Source: Anaeramoeba ignava BMAN (lineage: Eukaryota > Protista > Anaeramoebae). From it: DNA of 64,000 nt. Below the pieces are notes generated by a model. It did no database searches. It was not told where the DNA came from and saw nothing but the letters and a program-made list of their open reading frames with translations. This document shows positions 24,096-38,334 of this stretch, piece after piece. A program made the translations under genes and the position numbers. Numbering within the stretch: the first letter of the stretch is position 1; each line of letters opens with the position of its first letter. The stretch is from contig JAPDFW010000059.1 in assembly GCA_028826165.1 (NCBI GenBank), positions 496,001 through 560,000 of the forward strand, written 5' to 3'.

Positions 24096-27000
24096 ATGTC
24101 GTTAAGATTTACATTTAAAAGAGGAACAACACATTTAATTATTCGAACTCTTCCAAATTCTTATGTAAAGCAAAAAATAAAAATTAAAAAAATTTTTTTC
24201 CGTTTTTTTTTTTTTCATCAATTTTTTTATTTAATAAATTTAATTTTTAATTTGTAATTCAGTTTATAATTTCATCTTTATCAACAAGAAAAGACACACA
24301 GTTGTTTACAATTGATATAAATACTGGAAATATATGTTATAATGCTCAACAAGGAATTGATTTATTTGAAAATGAAAAAAGTGCATTATTTCATCTTACA
24401 AATGAAAGAAAACTTAAAATCAAAACAACAATCAGAGCCAAAGGTTTAATTGGAATCAGAATCGTTAATAATTCTTTATATCTTCTTATTGCTACTGTTG
24501 TAAAAAAAGCAACAAATTGATTTTTTAAAAAATTTTTTTTGATATTTTTTTTATTTAAATTTTATTATTATTTTTTTTATTTTAAAAAGACTAAACCAAC
24601 TGCACAATTATTTAATCAACATCAAATTAATACTGTTGCTACTACTCAATGGGTACAAATTCAACTTTCGTATCCGTTTTCCACTGGAAAGTAAATTTTT
24701 TTAAATATTTTTAATTTAAATTTTTTTAAATAATTTTTTAAATAATTTTTTTAAAAGAGAATCGGATAATAAATTATTAACAGAATTTCCGATTGATGGA
24801 TTTCATTATTTTTGTGAAACATTAGATATAACTCGACCTTTTCCTTCAAAACATTCAGTTTCAGAGTTTGGATTTAAAATTCAATTTAAAATTCAATTCA
24901 ATTCAATTTAAATTCAATTCAAAATTCAATTCAAAATTCAAAATTCAAAATTCAAAATTCAATTCAAAATTCAATTCAAAATTCAATTCAAAATTCAATT
25001 CAAAATTCAATTCAATTCAAAATTCAATTTAAAATTCAATTTAAATTAAATTCAATTCAAAATTCAATTCAATTCAAAATTCAATTCAAAATTCAATTCA
25101 ATTCAAAATTAAATTCAATTAAATTCAAAATTCAATTTAAATTCAATTCAATTCAATTCAATTCAAAATTAAATTCAAAATTCAATTTAAAATTCAATTC
25201 AAAATTCAATTTAAATTAAATTCAATTCAAAATTCAATTCAATTCAAAATTCAATTCAAAATTCAATTCAATTCAAAATTAAATTCAATTAAATTCAATT
25301 CAATTCAATTAAATTCAAATTCAAAATTTAAAATTCAAAATTCAATTCAAAATTCAAAATTAAATTCAAATTCAAATTCAAATTCAATTCAATTCAAAAT
25401 TCAATTCAATTAAATTCAAAATTAAATTCAATTCAATTCAAAATTCAATTCAAAATTCAATTAAATTCAATTCAATTTAAATTCAAAATTCAATTCAAAA
25501 TTCAAAATTAAATTAAATCCAAAATTAAATTCAAAATTAAATTCAAAATTCAATTCAATTCAAATTCAATTCAAATTCAAAATTCAAATTCAATTAAAAA
25601 TTCAAAATTCTTTTCAAAATTTTAGTTACAATCCAAACTTTTGTTGTAATAATGCTTTCCTTGAACCATTTAAGAAATTAGGCCTTTTAGATTGGTGTAT
25701 CATTTTAGTTCAAGGAATTGTAATCGGACAACAAATCAAACTTGAAAATCGCAAAACTCTAAAAGAACAATTAGAAAATCCTTTAAAAAGTGATGAAAAC
25801 ATTGAAAATATGAATATAATTTATTTATCAAGAAAATTAATAACTTATTTTATCAATGAAGATCATTCAGATGAAATTGATAAACATTCTGGTAATTTTT
25901 CTTCTTCTTTTTTTTTGAAGAAACCAAAAACAAAATTTCGATTTATATATTCTTTCATTTAAAAGAAGTTGAAAACGAAACTGAATATGAAATCATATGT
26001 TTTGCTGATCATGATCAAGAAATAGAATGGTTTTCATATGATTGGATATCTGGAAATGCAAATATTTCTTTAGAACAAAAAGAAGAAAAATTACAAGATG
26101 TATTAAAACAAAGAAAATCATCTGCTTTTATGGAAAAATATTACCAAATAATTGGAAAAAGATTTAATATCAAAAGCATTAGTTGTTGCAATTTATTGAA
26201 TCAAGAAATATCACAAATTGAATCTGAATCAAATTTTCAATTGAAAAAATCACTTCAAAATGTTCACAAAAATGTTGGCATCAATCTTGAATTTTTAGAT
26301 ATTTATTTAAAATGGAATAAAAAATTAGAAGAAAAAGATCGTTTAAGGGATTTATATGAAACACTTAAAAAAGAATTGTTGAAATATGATTGTAATCATG
26401 GAATTATTAGCTCATTTGTTTTCCAAGAAGAAGATTTTTCAAAACAAGAAAATAATAATGAAAATAATGAAAATAATGAAAATAATGAAAATAATAATAA
26501 TGAAAATAATGAAAATAACAATGAAAATAATAATGAAAATAATGAAAATAATAATAATAATGAAAATAACGACAAATTTATTGAGATTGATTTTCTAAGA
26601 AATTTCCCACTTAGTATATTCAGATGTCCAGATGGTAATTGGGTCCATATCCAACTATTACAAAAACAAAAAGGACTTGTTAAATTCAACTCATTTAATT
26701 CTTTGGATCGAATAATCTCAACAAATTTCTTTCAAATACATCCAATAGTTGCAGAAATTGTTCACAGAGTTAATCAAAAAAATGTTTCACAAGAAAAAGA
26801 AGAAAAAGAAGAAAAAGAAGAAAAAAACAATCAATGGAGTTTTTTCGATAAAAAATTATTTCAAATACAAAAATCATTATCTATCAAAATCAATGATTTT
26901 ATTCAAAAAGGAATTTTGCGTGAATGTCATGCAAATAGTATATTGTGTTCAGGTTTTCTTCGGGATCTTGTCCCGATTAGTTTTCAATCGATATGGAATT

Positions 27001-30000
27001 TACTTGATAATTGCACAGATAATATTACATCATTAATAATAAGAAGATATCAAAAAAATTCAAAAGATTTGATTAACAAAAAGAAATATGATTTTTTTGT
27101 TGGAATAAAAGAAGGAAATTTGAAGAGATCGAAAAATAACAAAATATTGAATATTCGGAACGTTAGTAGTCCACCTTCTTGGTGTTTGAATGAATTTCAT
27201 AATGAAATTGAAGATCAAAATAATAACGATTTTATTCCTGAAAGAATATTTTCTGATCCAAATATATATTGGAAATTTCCATTAGGACGTTCTGCAAAAG
27301 TATAAAAAAAATATACAAAAATATACAAAAATATAAAAAGCAAATTTTAATTGATTAATTGATTGATTGTTTTTTTAATATTGAATTATTAGATTTATCT
27401 TTGTTTGAACAAACCAACAAAAATCACTGAAATTTGCTTAACAATGAGAGGAAATACTATTGAAGAAAACAGGCTTAGAATGGATGTTTTTATTGGACAA
27501 TATTTGGATAATTTATTTGTTGTGCTTAGTCAAGTGCAATTGCCTGTGTGTTCAGAAGGAACACAACTTTATTTCCCATTTTCTAACACCACAAACTATG
27601 TGAAAACAATTGGGACACAATTCAGATCTTTTGATACAAGTCCTTTTATTTCTTCAATGTATTCAAGAGTTGTTTTATTACAGTTTCATTCTTTATCTCC
27701 AATAAAACGAAGTGTTGTTATTGGAAAAATTGATATTTATGGAGTTGAATACTCAGAAAATCATCAGGAATTTTCCACTAATTTTTCCATAAGAAAACCC
27801 TCATTTGATAGTTTTGCAAATTTTCAATTTCCTCTTAACAATGATATCCCACAAAATCTCACATTTCTAAATGAGAATAATTCCAAGCCAGAAAAAAGTA
27901 TCAAGAAATTTTATAATGGAAAGCAATATTCACACAAAGAAATTTCTTCAGCTCATCTTATGAAAACTGGGATTGATAAGGTTATTGGCCAAGAAGAAAA
28001 GGATGATAAATCAGAAGATATTTTCAATCAAGTCGAAAAACTGTTGAATGAAGAATTTCAAGAATATGAAATTGTTTCTGATTCTGTTCAAGTTATTCAT
28101 GAATATTTAAACAGTGAAAATTGCGAAAAAAATAGAAAATCAGAAAATAATAACAAAAATATTGAAAATAATCAAAATAACAAAAATAATGAAAATAATA
28201 ACAAAAATAATGAAAATAATGAAAATAACGAAAATATTCAAAATGGAACAAATTGGTATCTCAAAGTATCAACAGATTCAAATGAATCTATTTTTCTTAA
28301 AAATTCAGAAGAATCTATTGACATTCTGACATTCAAGAATTTAATTAATAAATTGGTTCAAGAAAAAGTAGCACATCAAAAAAAAATATCATTACTCGAT
28401 TCGTTAAGAATAGAAGAAAAAAGATTGTTTCTTGGATTAAAACAACATGAAAGAGACATTATTTTCCAAAAATTCAGTATTTCTGCTCAAGAATTTGATC
28501 CAAGAAGATTTTTTTATCCAAGAAGCAAAAAAATTATTAATGAACTTAAAAGAAGTCCTCGATTTAAAGCAAAAAGATGTTCTAATCCAGGTTGTAATAA
28601 TTCTCTACGTTTTCACTATAAACAATGCAATTATTGTTTACGCAGATTTTGTCCAAGTTGCATGCATCCTAGAAAAATACAAGTTTGAATATTAAAAATA
28701 ATTTAAAAACAAAAGCAAAACAACAAATTATTCATTTATTTATTTATTATTTTTTTACAAAAATAGATTACAGAATTTATGTGGACAGGATTGTCTAAAG
28801 TTTGTAAAAGTTGTGGTGAAATTATATTTAAACAAACATCTACAATGCAAATAATTCAAGATTTGGATAATTCACAAGAAGAAGAAATTTTAGAGGAATC
28901 TCAAGAGAATATTTTGGATTTACTTTATTCAAAAAGTTCACATAAATTATTTGGAATGAAATGGCAAAGAGATATTGATCATTCATTAAAATTGATAGAA
29001 AATTCAAATGAAAATTTAAATGAAAATTCAAATGAAAATTCAAATGAAAATTTAAATGAAAATAAAAAAAATATCAATATTCAAGAAATTCGAAAAAAAT
29101 ATCCAAAAGCAATTCAAAATGTCTCAACATTTCCTTCAGCAAGTATTTTAAAATATGTAAAAACAGATCCATTATCACTACCAATTGAAACGTTAATATG
29201 CGATGAAGGTTTCCAAGATGAAGATTATTGGAAAGCCTCTGAAGATGTTTCTTCAGTTGAAATTATGATTTCATTAAATAGTTATTCAGAAGTATTCAGT
29301 ATCAAAATTATTGCAGACAAAAATGGATTTACAAGTTTGGATTGCCCATTAATAACTGTTTTGGGAGGAATGAATTATCCAAAAAGAATTCTTCCGTTAG
29401 CATTTTGTGATCTTAAGGAATTCCAGAATCAACAACAAGAACCTATTATTAAACCGTTTTCTGAAATTGAAATTGTTTTAAAAGAACCGACTGAATGCAA
29501 AATTGTTTCTTTGATTTTGAATTTACCGGAATCAAAACAGAATCAAACAGAAAATTTGGAATTGAATTCTCCAAGAGAGAAAAGAGTTATTCATTTGGCA
29601 AAAATAATTGTGAATGGAATTCCCAAATCGGACCCAATTTTATATGCTTCATCAAATTATTCATCATTAAAAGATAAAGAAATTAAACTTGGAATGTTTT
29701 TAGAAAATTTGGAAAAAATTCAAAAAGAAAATTTTACATCAGCATTTGATGAAACCACTTATTCTCTCACTTATGAATTTGAAACACCCAAAGTTGTTCA
29801 TGGTTTTTATTGGATATCAGAAGGAATGCGTTTTGAAATGAATAGGTTGATTTTTTCAGCTGTAACAACAACTAAAAAGGGTGATCTCAATGAGCATATT
29901 TTTCTTGGGTTTTTTTTTATTCCAAAATGTGAAGATGGAAATATTTTAAAGTATTATTTTTATTTGAATCAATCAAGTTTGATCGAGACAATTACAGTTA

Positions 30001-30059
30001 AATTTTTATTTCCAATTCAATCCAAAGTTTTTTCTGGGGAGACAATTTTATTTTTTTAG
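24096..30059 (+). CDS. SAC9-like phosphoinositide phosphatase homologue (degenerate active site) with a C-terminal FYVE-like zinc finger
   Basis: IISSLSTRKDTQ...IDINTG...GIDLFENE, HYFCETLDITRPFPS and WCIILVQG match the plant SAC9 N-terminus as recalled. The catalytic region reads KFNSFNSLDR. Cys pairs at ~28575-28815. Confidence 0.8.
24866..25625 (+). repeat. 760-nt intron filled with AATTC/AAAATTC microsatellite
   Basis: GT...TTTAG boundaries keep the SAC9 frame. Confidence 0.85.
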
Positions 30060-30880
30060 AAATTTAAAAATTGATTTAAATAATTGATTTGAAAAGAAAT
30101 TTGAAAAGAAGTTTGAAAAGAAATTGATTTAAAAATTGATTTAAAAAGAAATTAATTTAAAAAGAAATTAATTTAAAAAGAAATTGATTTAAAAATTGAT
30201 TTAAAAAAAATTTGAAAGAAATTTAAAAAGAAATTGATTTAAAAAAATTAATTTAAAAAAAGTTTGAAAGAAATTAAAAAAAGTTGATTTAAAAATTGGT
30301 TTAAAATTGGTTTGAAAAGAAATTAATTTAAAAATTGATTTAAAAAATTGATTTAAAAAGAAGTTTGAAAAGAAATTAATTTAAAAAATTGATTTAAAAA
30401 GAAGATTTGATTTAAAAATTGATTTAAATAATTGATTTAAAAAGAAATTTGAAAAGAAGATTTAAAAATTGGTTTAAAAATTGGTTTAAAAAGAAATTAA
30501 TTTAAAAAGAAGATTTAAAAATTGATTTAAAAATTGATTTAAAAATTGATTTAAAAAGAAATTAATTTGAAAAGAAATTTGAAAAGAAGATTTAAAAAGA
30601 AATTTGAAAAGAAATTAATTTGAAAAGAAATTGATTTAAAAAGAAATTGATTTAAAAAGAAATTAATTTAAAAAGGAATTAATTTAAAAAGAAATTAATT
30701 TAAAAAGAATTTTAAAAGAAATTTGAAAAGAAATTAATTTAAAAAGAAGTTTGAAAAGAAATTAATTTAAAAAGAATTTTAAAAAGAAATTGATTTAAAA
30801 AGAAGTTTGAAAAGGAATTAATTTAAAAAATTGATTTAAAAAAGAAGTTTGAAAAGAAAATTGATTCAAAAAGAAAAAGA
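30060..30880. repeat. Degenerate GATTTAAAAAGAAATT-type repeat between convergent genes
   Basis: Visible short-period degenerate tandem repeat. Confidence 0.8.
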
Positions 30881-30882
30881 AA

Positions 30883-33449
30883 TTATTTAATTTTTTGATC
30901 TTCTTTTTCAGGATTTTGAAGCATTTCAGTTAATGATTCTATTTGATCGAATTTTAAATTGAAAACATCTTCAATATTTGGACCATAATAAACTTTTGAA
31001 GTTTGAGAAATGCTTTCTATCATTTTCATTTTTAAATACTCAGGCGTTAATAATTGAGAATAAGCTTCAGCTTCTTTCATTGTTTGATAATAAAAAGAAT
31101 CAGCTTCTTTCTTGATTTTTGCTGAATGAATTTGATCTTCAATTTCAGACATTTGTTGTAAACTTTTTTTCTCTTCAATTTCTTGTTGCATTTTAATAAT
31201 AGAAACTTCTTTTTCTTTTTGAGCTTCAATATTTGCTTTCATTCTTTCAGTTTCAGCTTCTATTAAATTTAACAATAAAAATTTAACATTTAAAATTTAA
31301 TCAATTAAAATTTAATCATTTAAAATTTAATAATTTAAAATTTAATCATTTAAAATTTAATAATTTAAAATTTAATAATTAAAATTTAATATTTTAAAAT
31401 TTAATAATTTAAAATTTAAACAATTAAAATTTAATAATTTAAAATCTAATAATTTAAAATTTAATCATTTAAGATTTAATCAATTAAAATTTAATCATTT
31501 AAAATTTAATAAATTAAAATTTAATAATTTAAAATTTAATCAATTAAGATTTAATAATTTAAAATTTAATAATTTAAAAATTTAATAATTTAAAATTTAA
31601 TCAATTAAGATTTAATCATTTTAAAATTTAATAATTTAAAATTTAATCAATTAAGATTTAATAATTTAATAATTTAAAATTTAATAATTTAAAATTTAAT
31701 AATTTAAAATTTAATAATTTAAAATTTAATAATTTAAATTTAAATAATTTAAAATTTAATAATTTAAAATTTAATAATTTAAGATTTAATAATTTAAAAT
31801 TTAATAATTTAAAATTTAAATTTAATAATTTAAAATTTAATCATTTAAAATTTAATAATTTAAAATTTAATAATTTAAAATTTAATAATTTAAAATTTAA
31901 TCATTTAAAATTTAATAATTTAAAATTTAATAATTTAAAATTTAATAATTTAAAATTTAACCATTTAAAATTTAATAATTTAAAATTTTTACTTCTTTCA
32001 GATATTTGTTGTTCTTGATCTGCAATTTTAAGTTCTGTTTTTTTCTTTTCAATTTCTTCATAATTTCTCATAATTGCTTTTGGAACAATTGGTTTTGTAA
32101 CACGAATTGATATTAATTCAATTCCAGGAGCCCAAACATTAATTGATTCTTGTAAAGCCTTTTAAAAATAAAAATTAAAATCAAAATTAAAATTAATATT
32201 AAAATTGAATAAATACTTCGCTTAATCTTTCATCAATTGTATCAAAAAGTGTAATATAAACTTCTTCTAAAGTATGAAGTGAACAAAATTGATTAATTTC
32301 ATGTGCAATTTTTTCATAAATCCATATCTTATCATATTGAGTTGTATAATTCTTAATAGTATCCCAAGCATAAAGTTTTTTAAGTCTATTTACAACTTCA
32401 ATTTTTTCTAATAAAGAAAAAAATTATAAATTAAATTATTAAATCAAAATAGACATAAAAAAAAGAGGAACAATATACCAAAATAAAGCATAACACCTCC
32501 ACTTGTACCACATGGAATATCTTATTTTAATATTAAAATTAAAATTAAAATTTAAATTAAAATTAAAATTAAAATTAAAATTAAAATTAAAATTAAAATT
32601 AAAATTAAAATTAAAATTAAATTTAAAATTAAAATTAAAATTAAAATTAAAATTAAAATTAAAATTAAAATTAAAATTAAAAATTTAAATTAAAATTAAA
32701 AAATTAAAATTAGAATTAATATCATAATTAAAATTAAAATTAAAATTCAAAAAATTAAAAATTAAAATTAAAATTAAAATAAAAATTAAAATTAAAATTA
32801 AAAAATTAAAATTAAAATTAAAATTAAAAATTAAAAATTAAAATTAAAATTAAAATTAAAATTAAAATTAAAATTAAAATTAAAATTAAAATTAAAATTA
32901 AAATTAAAATTAAAATTAAAATTAAAATTAAAATTAAAATCAAAATTAAAATTAAAATTAAAATTAAAATTAAAATTAAAATTAAAATTAAAAATTAAAA
33001 TTAAAATTAAAATTAAAATTAAAATTAAAATTAGAAATTCAAAAAATTAATAAAAAATTAAAATTAAAATTTAGAATTAAAATTAAAATTAAAATTAAAA
33101 TTAAAATTAAAATTAAAATTAAAATTAAAATTAAAATTAAAATTAAAATTAAAATTAAAATCAAAATTAAAATTAAAATTAAAATTAAAATTAAAATTAA
33201 AATTAAAATTCAAAATTGCTTATAATCTTACTTCTAACTTCATCTGTTTGTACTGATATTTGTACAAATCTCAACTGTAGTTAAAAAAGGGAATTTTAAA
33301 TGATAACCAGGTTCTTCATAAGAAGGTAATAAAGCACCTCCTCTCCAATATAAACCTATATAACCTTCTGGAATATGATGAATTCCATTAAGAAGAACAG
33401 CAATAATCCCAATAACTAAAGGTAAAAAAACAAAAAATAAAGAAGCCAT
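30883..33449 (-). CDS. ERLIN: Erlin (SPFH/band-7) homologue
   Basis: [18 protein letters not shown]...[57 protein letters not shown]. Satellite introns 33231-32521 and 31992-31260. One apparent +1 indel near 33270. Confidence 0.92.
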
Positions 33450-33650
33450 TTTGAGAAAATAAAAAAGGAGAAAAATGAAAAAAAAAATATTTAATTTTTG
33501 TTTTTGTTTTTGTTTTTGTTTTTGTTTTAAATTTTGTTTTTGTTTTCTGTTTTCTGGCAAATTAATTAAAATAAAAAAATTCCAAATAAATTCATTTTTT
33601 CATTTTTTCATTTTTTCATTTTTTCATTTTTTTAAAATAATAATAAATAA

Positions 33651-35464
33651 ATGGATCCAATCACAGAAGCAATTTGGAATGGAGACTTAAAAGAAATACA
33701 AAAATTAATAAAAGCAGGAGAAGATATTAATAAACAATCTGAATTCAGTGGACAAACACCAATTCATTTAGCATTACAAGAGAACAAAAGAGAAATAGCG
33801 ATATATTTAGTAGAAAACGGAGCAAATTTAAATATAATTGACAATAATGGATTAACACCATTGATGATAGCGGTTGACATTCCATCTCGCGATATGGTTG
33901 AGCTTCTGCTACTTCACGGCGCAAATGTTGATGCTATTAATGAATATGGTGAAACTTGTCTTCATAAAGTTATCGATCAAAATAGCAAAATTGCACATCT
34001 TTTGATGTCTTATGGTGCAAATCCCTTTTTCAAGGATAATGATAATGCCATTCCTCGTGATTATGTTACAAATAAAGGTGTTCTCTCATTCTTGGAAAGA
34101 TATTCTAATAAATTTAGAGATTATTCTCCTGCTCTCTTTTTTGATTTCGTTAATGAATATAAAAATATTGCTATGGAAATTGGAAATGAATTTATAATTG
34201 ATATTAATAAACTTAAAGAAATTGATTTTATTAAAAGAGGTGCTTTTGGTGATGTTTGGAAAGGTATTTATGATGGAAAACCTGTTGCTATTAAAAAATT
34301 CTTGAAAGAATTACGTGGTTCAGATTTAGAAATGTTTTATCGCGAAGTTGCTCTTTTAGTGTAAAAATTAAAATTAAAATTAAAATTAAAATTTAATAAA
34401 ATTAAAATTAAAATTAAAATTTAATATTAAAATTAAAATTAAAATTAAAATTAAAATTAAAATTAAAATTAAATTAAAATTAAAATTTAAATCAAAATTC
34501 AAATCCAAATTAAAATTAAAATTTAAATTAAAATTAAAATCAAATTTAAATTAAAATTAAATCAAATTAAATTAAATCAAAATTAAATTATAATTAAAAT
34601 TAAAATTAAAATTAAAATTAAAATTAAAATCAAAATTAAATTAAATCAAATTAAATTAAATTAAAATTAATATCAAAATTAAAATTATAATTAATATTAA
34701 AATTAAATTTAAATCAAAATCAAAATTATAATTAAATTTAATTAAATTAAATCAAATTAAAATTAAATTTGAAATAAAGGAAATGTAAACATCCAAATAT
34801 TGTTGAAACTATTGGATTTCATCTTCTTGACAAAGCAGATCCAATCAAAAGTACATATCCAACATGTATAGTTCTTGAATATGTTCCAAGAGGAAGTTTA
34901 TCAGAAAGATTAAAGAAACTTTTAGAAAAGAATCTAAGAATAAAAAAAGACACAATAATATCTTATGCGATTGACATAGCAGAAGGAATGAAATACTTAC
35001 ACGATAAGGGAGTAATTCATCGAGATTTAAAATCAGGGAATATTTTAATAACAAATGAAAATCATTTGAAAATCATTGATTTTGGATTAGCTCGATATAA
35101 AGCAGGAGAAACTGATATTACAGGAGAAATGACAATTAACATTGGAACACCTAATTGGATGGCACCCGAAATTTTAAGAGGTGAATCTGATTATACTCCA
35201 AAAGTTGATGTTTATAGTTATGGTCTTGTTTTATGGGAAATGGTTTATCGTGAAATTCCTTATAAAAAACTTCTTTTGCAAGTCGGAATGGAAGAATTTA
35301 AATCTAAAGTTGGTTTTGATAAACCTACTTTGAAACTCCCAAAAAAATATCTTCCTGAAGAAATGAATAATTTAATGGCAAGATGTTGGGATCATGACCC
35401 TGATAAACGTCCTGAATTTTCTGAAATTTGTGAAATTTTAAAAGAAATTAAAAACAAAAAATAA
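33651..35464 (+). CDS. Ankyrin-repeat TKL protein kinase, copy 1 (intron 34361-34779)
   Basis: ANK repeats followed by GAFG, VAIK, HRDLKSGN, DFG and APE motifs. Confidence 0.93.
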
Positions 35465-35689
35465 TTCTTTCGTTCATTAATTCGTTCGTTCAATCATTAA
35501 TTCCTCTTTCTTTTTTTTGCTTTTTTTCTTTCTTTCTTTTGGTTTTTTGATTTTTTGATTTTTTGATTTTTTGATTTTTTGATTTTTTGATTGGATTTAA
35601 ATTTGGATTATTAAAAAAGTGGAACAAAATAATATTTTTCTTTTTTTCAATTTTTAATTTTTCAATTTTTCAATATTTGAAATAAATTT

Positions 35690-37779
35690 ATGTATTCAAT
35701 CGAAAAAGCAATTTGGAATGGAGATTTAAAAGAAATTAAAAAATTAATAACAACAGGAGAAAACATTAATAAACAATCCGAATTGACTGGGCAAACACCA
35801 ATTTATATTGCACTAAAAAAGGAAAAGCATAAAATAGTAAGATATTTAGTAGAAAACGGAGCAAATTTAAATATAATTGATAATAATGGATTAACACCAT
35901 TGATGATAGCGGTTGACAGTCAATCATATGATATGGTTGAGTTTTTATTAAGTCATGGCGCAAATGTTGATGCTTTTAATGAATATGGTGAAACTTGTCT
36001 TCATAAAGTTATCGATCAAAATAGCAAAATTGCACATCTTTTGATGTCTTATGGTGCAAATCCCTTTTTCAAGGATAATGATAATAAACTTCCTCTTGAT
36101 TATGCTACAAATAAAGGTGTTCTCTCATTCTTGGAAAGATATTCTAATAAATTTAGAGATTATTCTCCTGCTCTCTTTTTTGAATTTGTTAATGAATATA
36201 AAAATATTGCTATGGAAATTGGAAATGAATTTATGATTGATATTAATAAACTTAAAAACTTATTTTATTCAAAGAGGTGCTTTTGGTGATGTTTGGAAAG
36301 GTACTTATGATGGAAAACCTGTTGCTATTAAAAAATTCTCTAAAAAATTGCGTGGTTTAAATTTAGAAATGTTTTATCGAGAAGTTGCTCTTTTAATGTT
36401 AATTCATTTATAAAATTATAAATCAAATCAAATCAAATCAAATCAAATCAAATCAAATCAAATTAAATCAAAATTAAATTAAATCAAAATTAAATCAAAT
36501 TAAATTAAATCAAATTAAATTCAAATAAAATTAAATTAAATCAAATCAAATTAAATTAAAATCAAATTAAATTAAATTAAATCAAATCAAATCAAATCAA
36601 ATTCAAATTAAATTAAATTAAAATCAAATCAAATCAAATTAAATCAAATTAAATCAAAATCAAATCAAATCAAATCAAATTCAAATTAAATTAAATTAAA
36701 TCAAATCAAATCAAATTAAAATTAAATCAAAATCAAAATTAAATTAAATCAAATCAAAATTAAATTAAATCAAATTAAAATTAAATCAAATCAAAATTAA
36801 AATCAAATTAAATCAAATCAAATCAAATCAAATTAAATTTAATTAAATTAAAATTAAATTAAATTAAATTAAATCAAAATCAAATTAAATCAATTTAAAT
36901 TTAATTAAAATCAAATCAAAATTAAATTAAATTAAATTTAAATCAAATCAAAATAAATTTAAATCAAATCAAATCAAATCGAAATCAAATTAAATTAAAT
37001 TAAATCAAATTAAATTAAAATTAAATTTAAATCAAATCAAATCAAAATTAAATCAAAATTAAATTAAATTAAATTAAAATTAAATTAAAAGGAAATGTAA
37101 ACATCCAAATATTGTTGAAACTATTGGATTTCATCTTCTTGAAAAAGAAGATCCAATCAAAAATATTTATCCAACATGTATAGTTCTTGAATATGTTCCA
37201 AGAGGAAGTTTATCAGAAAGATTAAATAAACTTTTAGAAAAGAATCTAAGATTAAAAAAAGAAACAATAATATCCTATGCGATTGACATAGCAGAAGGAA
37301 TGAAATACTTACACAATATGGGAATAATTCATCGAGATTTAAAATCAGGGAATATTTTAATAACAAATGAAAATCATTTGAAAATCATTGATTTTGGAAT
37401 ATCAAGATTTAAAGAAGGAGTAACTGATATTACAACAGAAATGTCAATTTATGTTGGAACACCTAATTGGATGGCACCCGAAATTTTAAGAGGTGAATCT
37501 GATTATACTCAAAAAGTTGATGTTTATGATTATGGTCTTGTTTTATGGGAAATGGTTTATCGTGAAATTCCTTATAAAAAACTTCTTAATGATGTTGGTT
37601 TTGAAAAATTTAAATCTAAAGTTGGTTGTAATAAAACTTCTTTGGAAATTCCTAAAAATTCATATCTTCCTGATGAATTTAATAATTTAATGGCAAGATG
37701 TTGGGATTATAATCCTAATAATCGTCCTGAATTTTCTGAAATTTGTGAAACTTTAAAAGAAATTAAAAACAAAAAATAA
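35690..37779 (+). CDS. Ankyrin-repeat TKL kinase, copy 2 (intron 36398-37091; frameshift near 36255-36270)
   Basis: Same motifs. About 2 nt are missing relative to the paralogues before GAFG (error or pseudogene). Confidence 0.8.
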
Positions 37780-37879
37780 TTCATTTCTTTTATTTGATTT
37801 TGATTTTAATTTTGATTTTAATTGTTTTGGAAATTTGGATTAATAAAAAAGTGGAACAAATGAATATTTTTGATACTTT

Positions 37880-38232
37880 TTTATTTATAAATTTAATTTA
37901 GAATTTATTTATAAATTTAATTTTGAATTTGTTTATAAATTTAATTTAGAATTTATTTATAAATTTTATTTAGAATTTATTTATAAATTTTATTTGGAAT
38001 TTATTTATAAATTTAATTTGGAATTTATTTATAAATTTAATTTGGAATTTGTTTATAAATTTAATTTAGAATTTGTTTATAAATTTAATTTAGAATTTAT
38101 TTATAAATTTTATTTGGAATTTATTTATAAATTTAATTTAGAATTTGTTTATAAATTTAATTTGGAATTTGTTTATAAATTTAATTTTGAATTTATTTAT
38201 AAATTTAATTTGGAATTTGTTTATAAATTTGA
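37880..38232. repeat. 24-bp tandem repeat (TTTATAAATTTAATTTRGAATTTR)
   Basis: Roughly 14 visible units between kinase copies 2 and 3. Confidence 0.85.
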
Positions 38233-38334
38233 GTTAATTGTAAACTTGTTGATTTGTAATTAAAAAAAAAATTCCAAAAAAATTCATTTTTTATTTTTAT
38301 TTTTTTTTGAAATAAAAATAATAATAATAAATAA

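Noticed and set aside
37880-38263. 24-bp repeats and the 99-bp units as possible CRISPR arrays; ORF of repeated EFIYKFNL
   Set aside because: No unique spacers, no cas genes, and a eukaryotic context.
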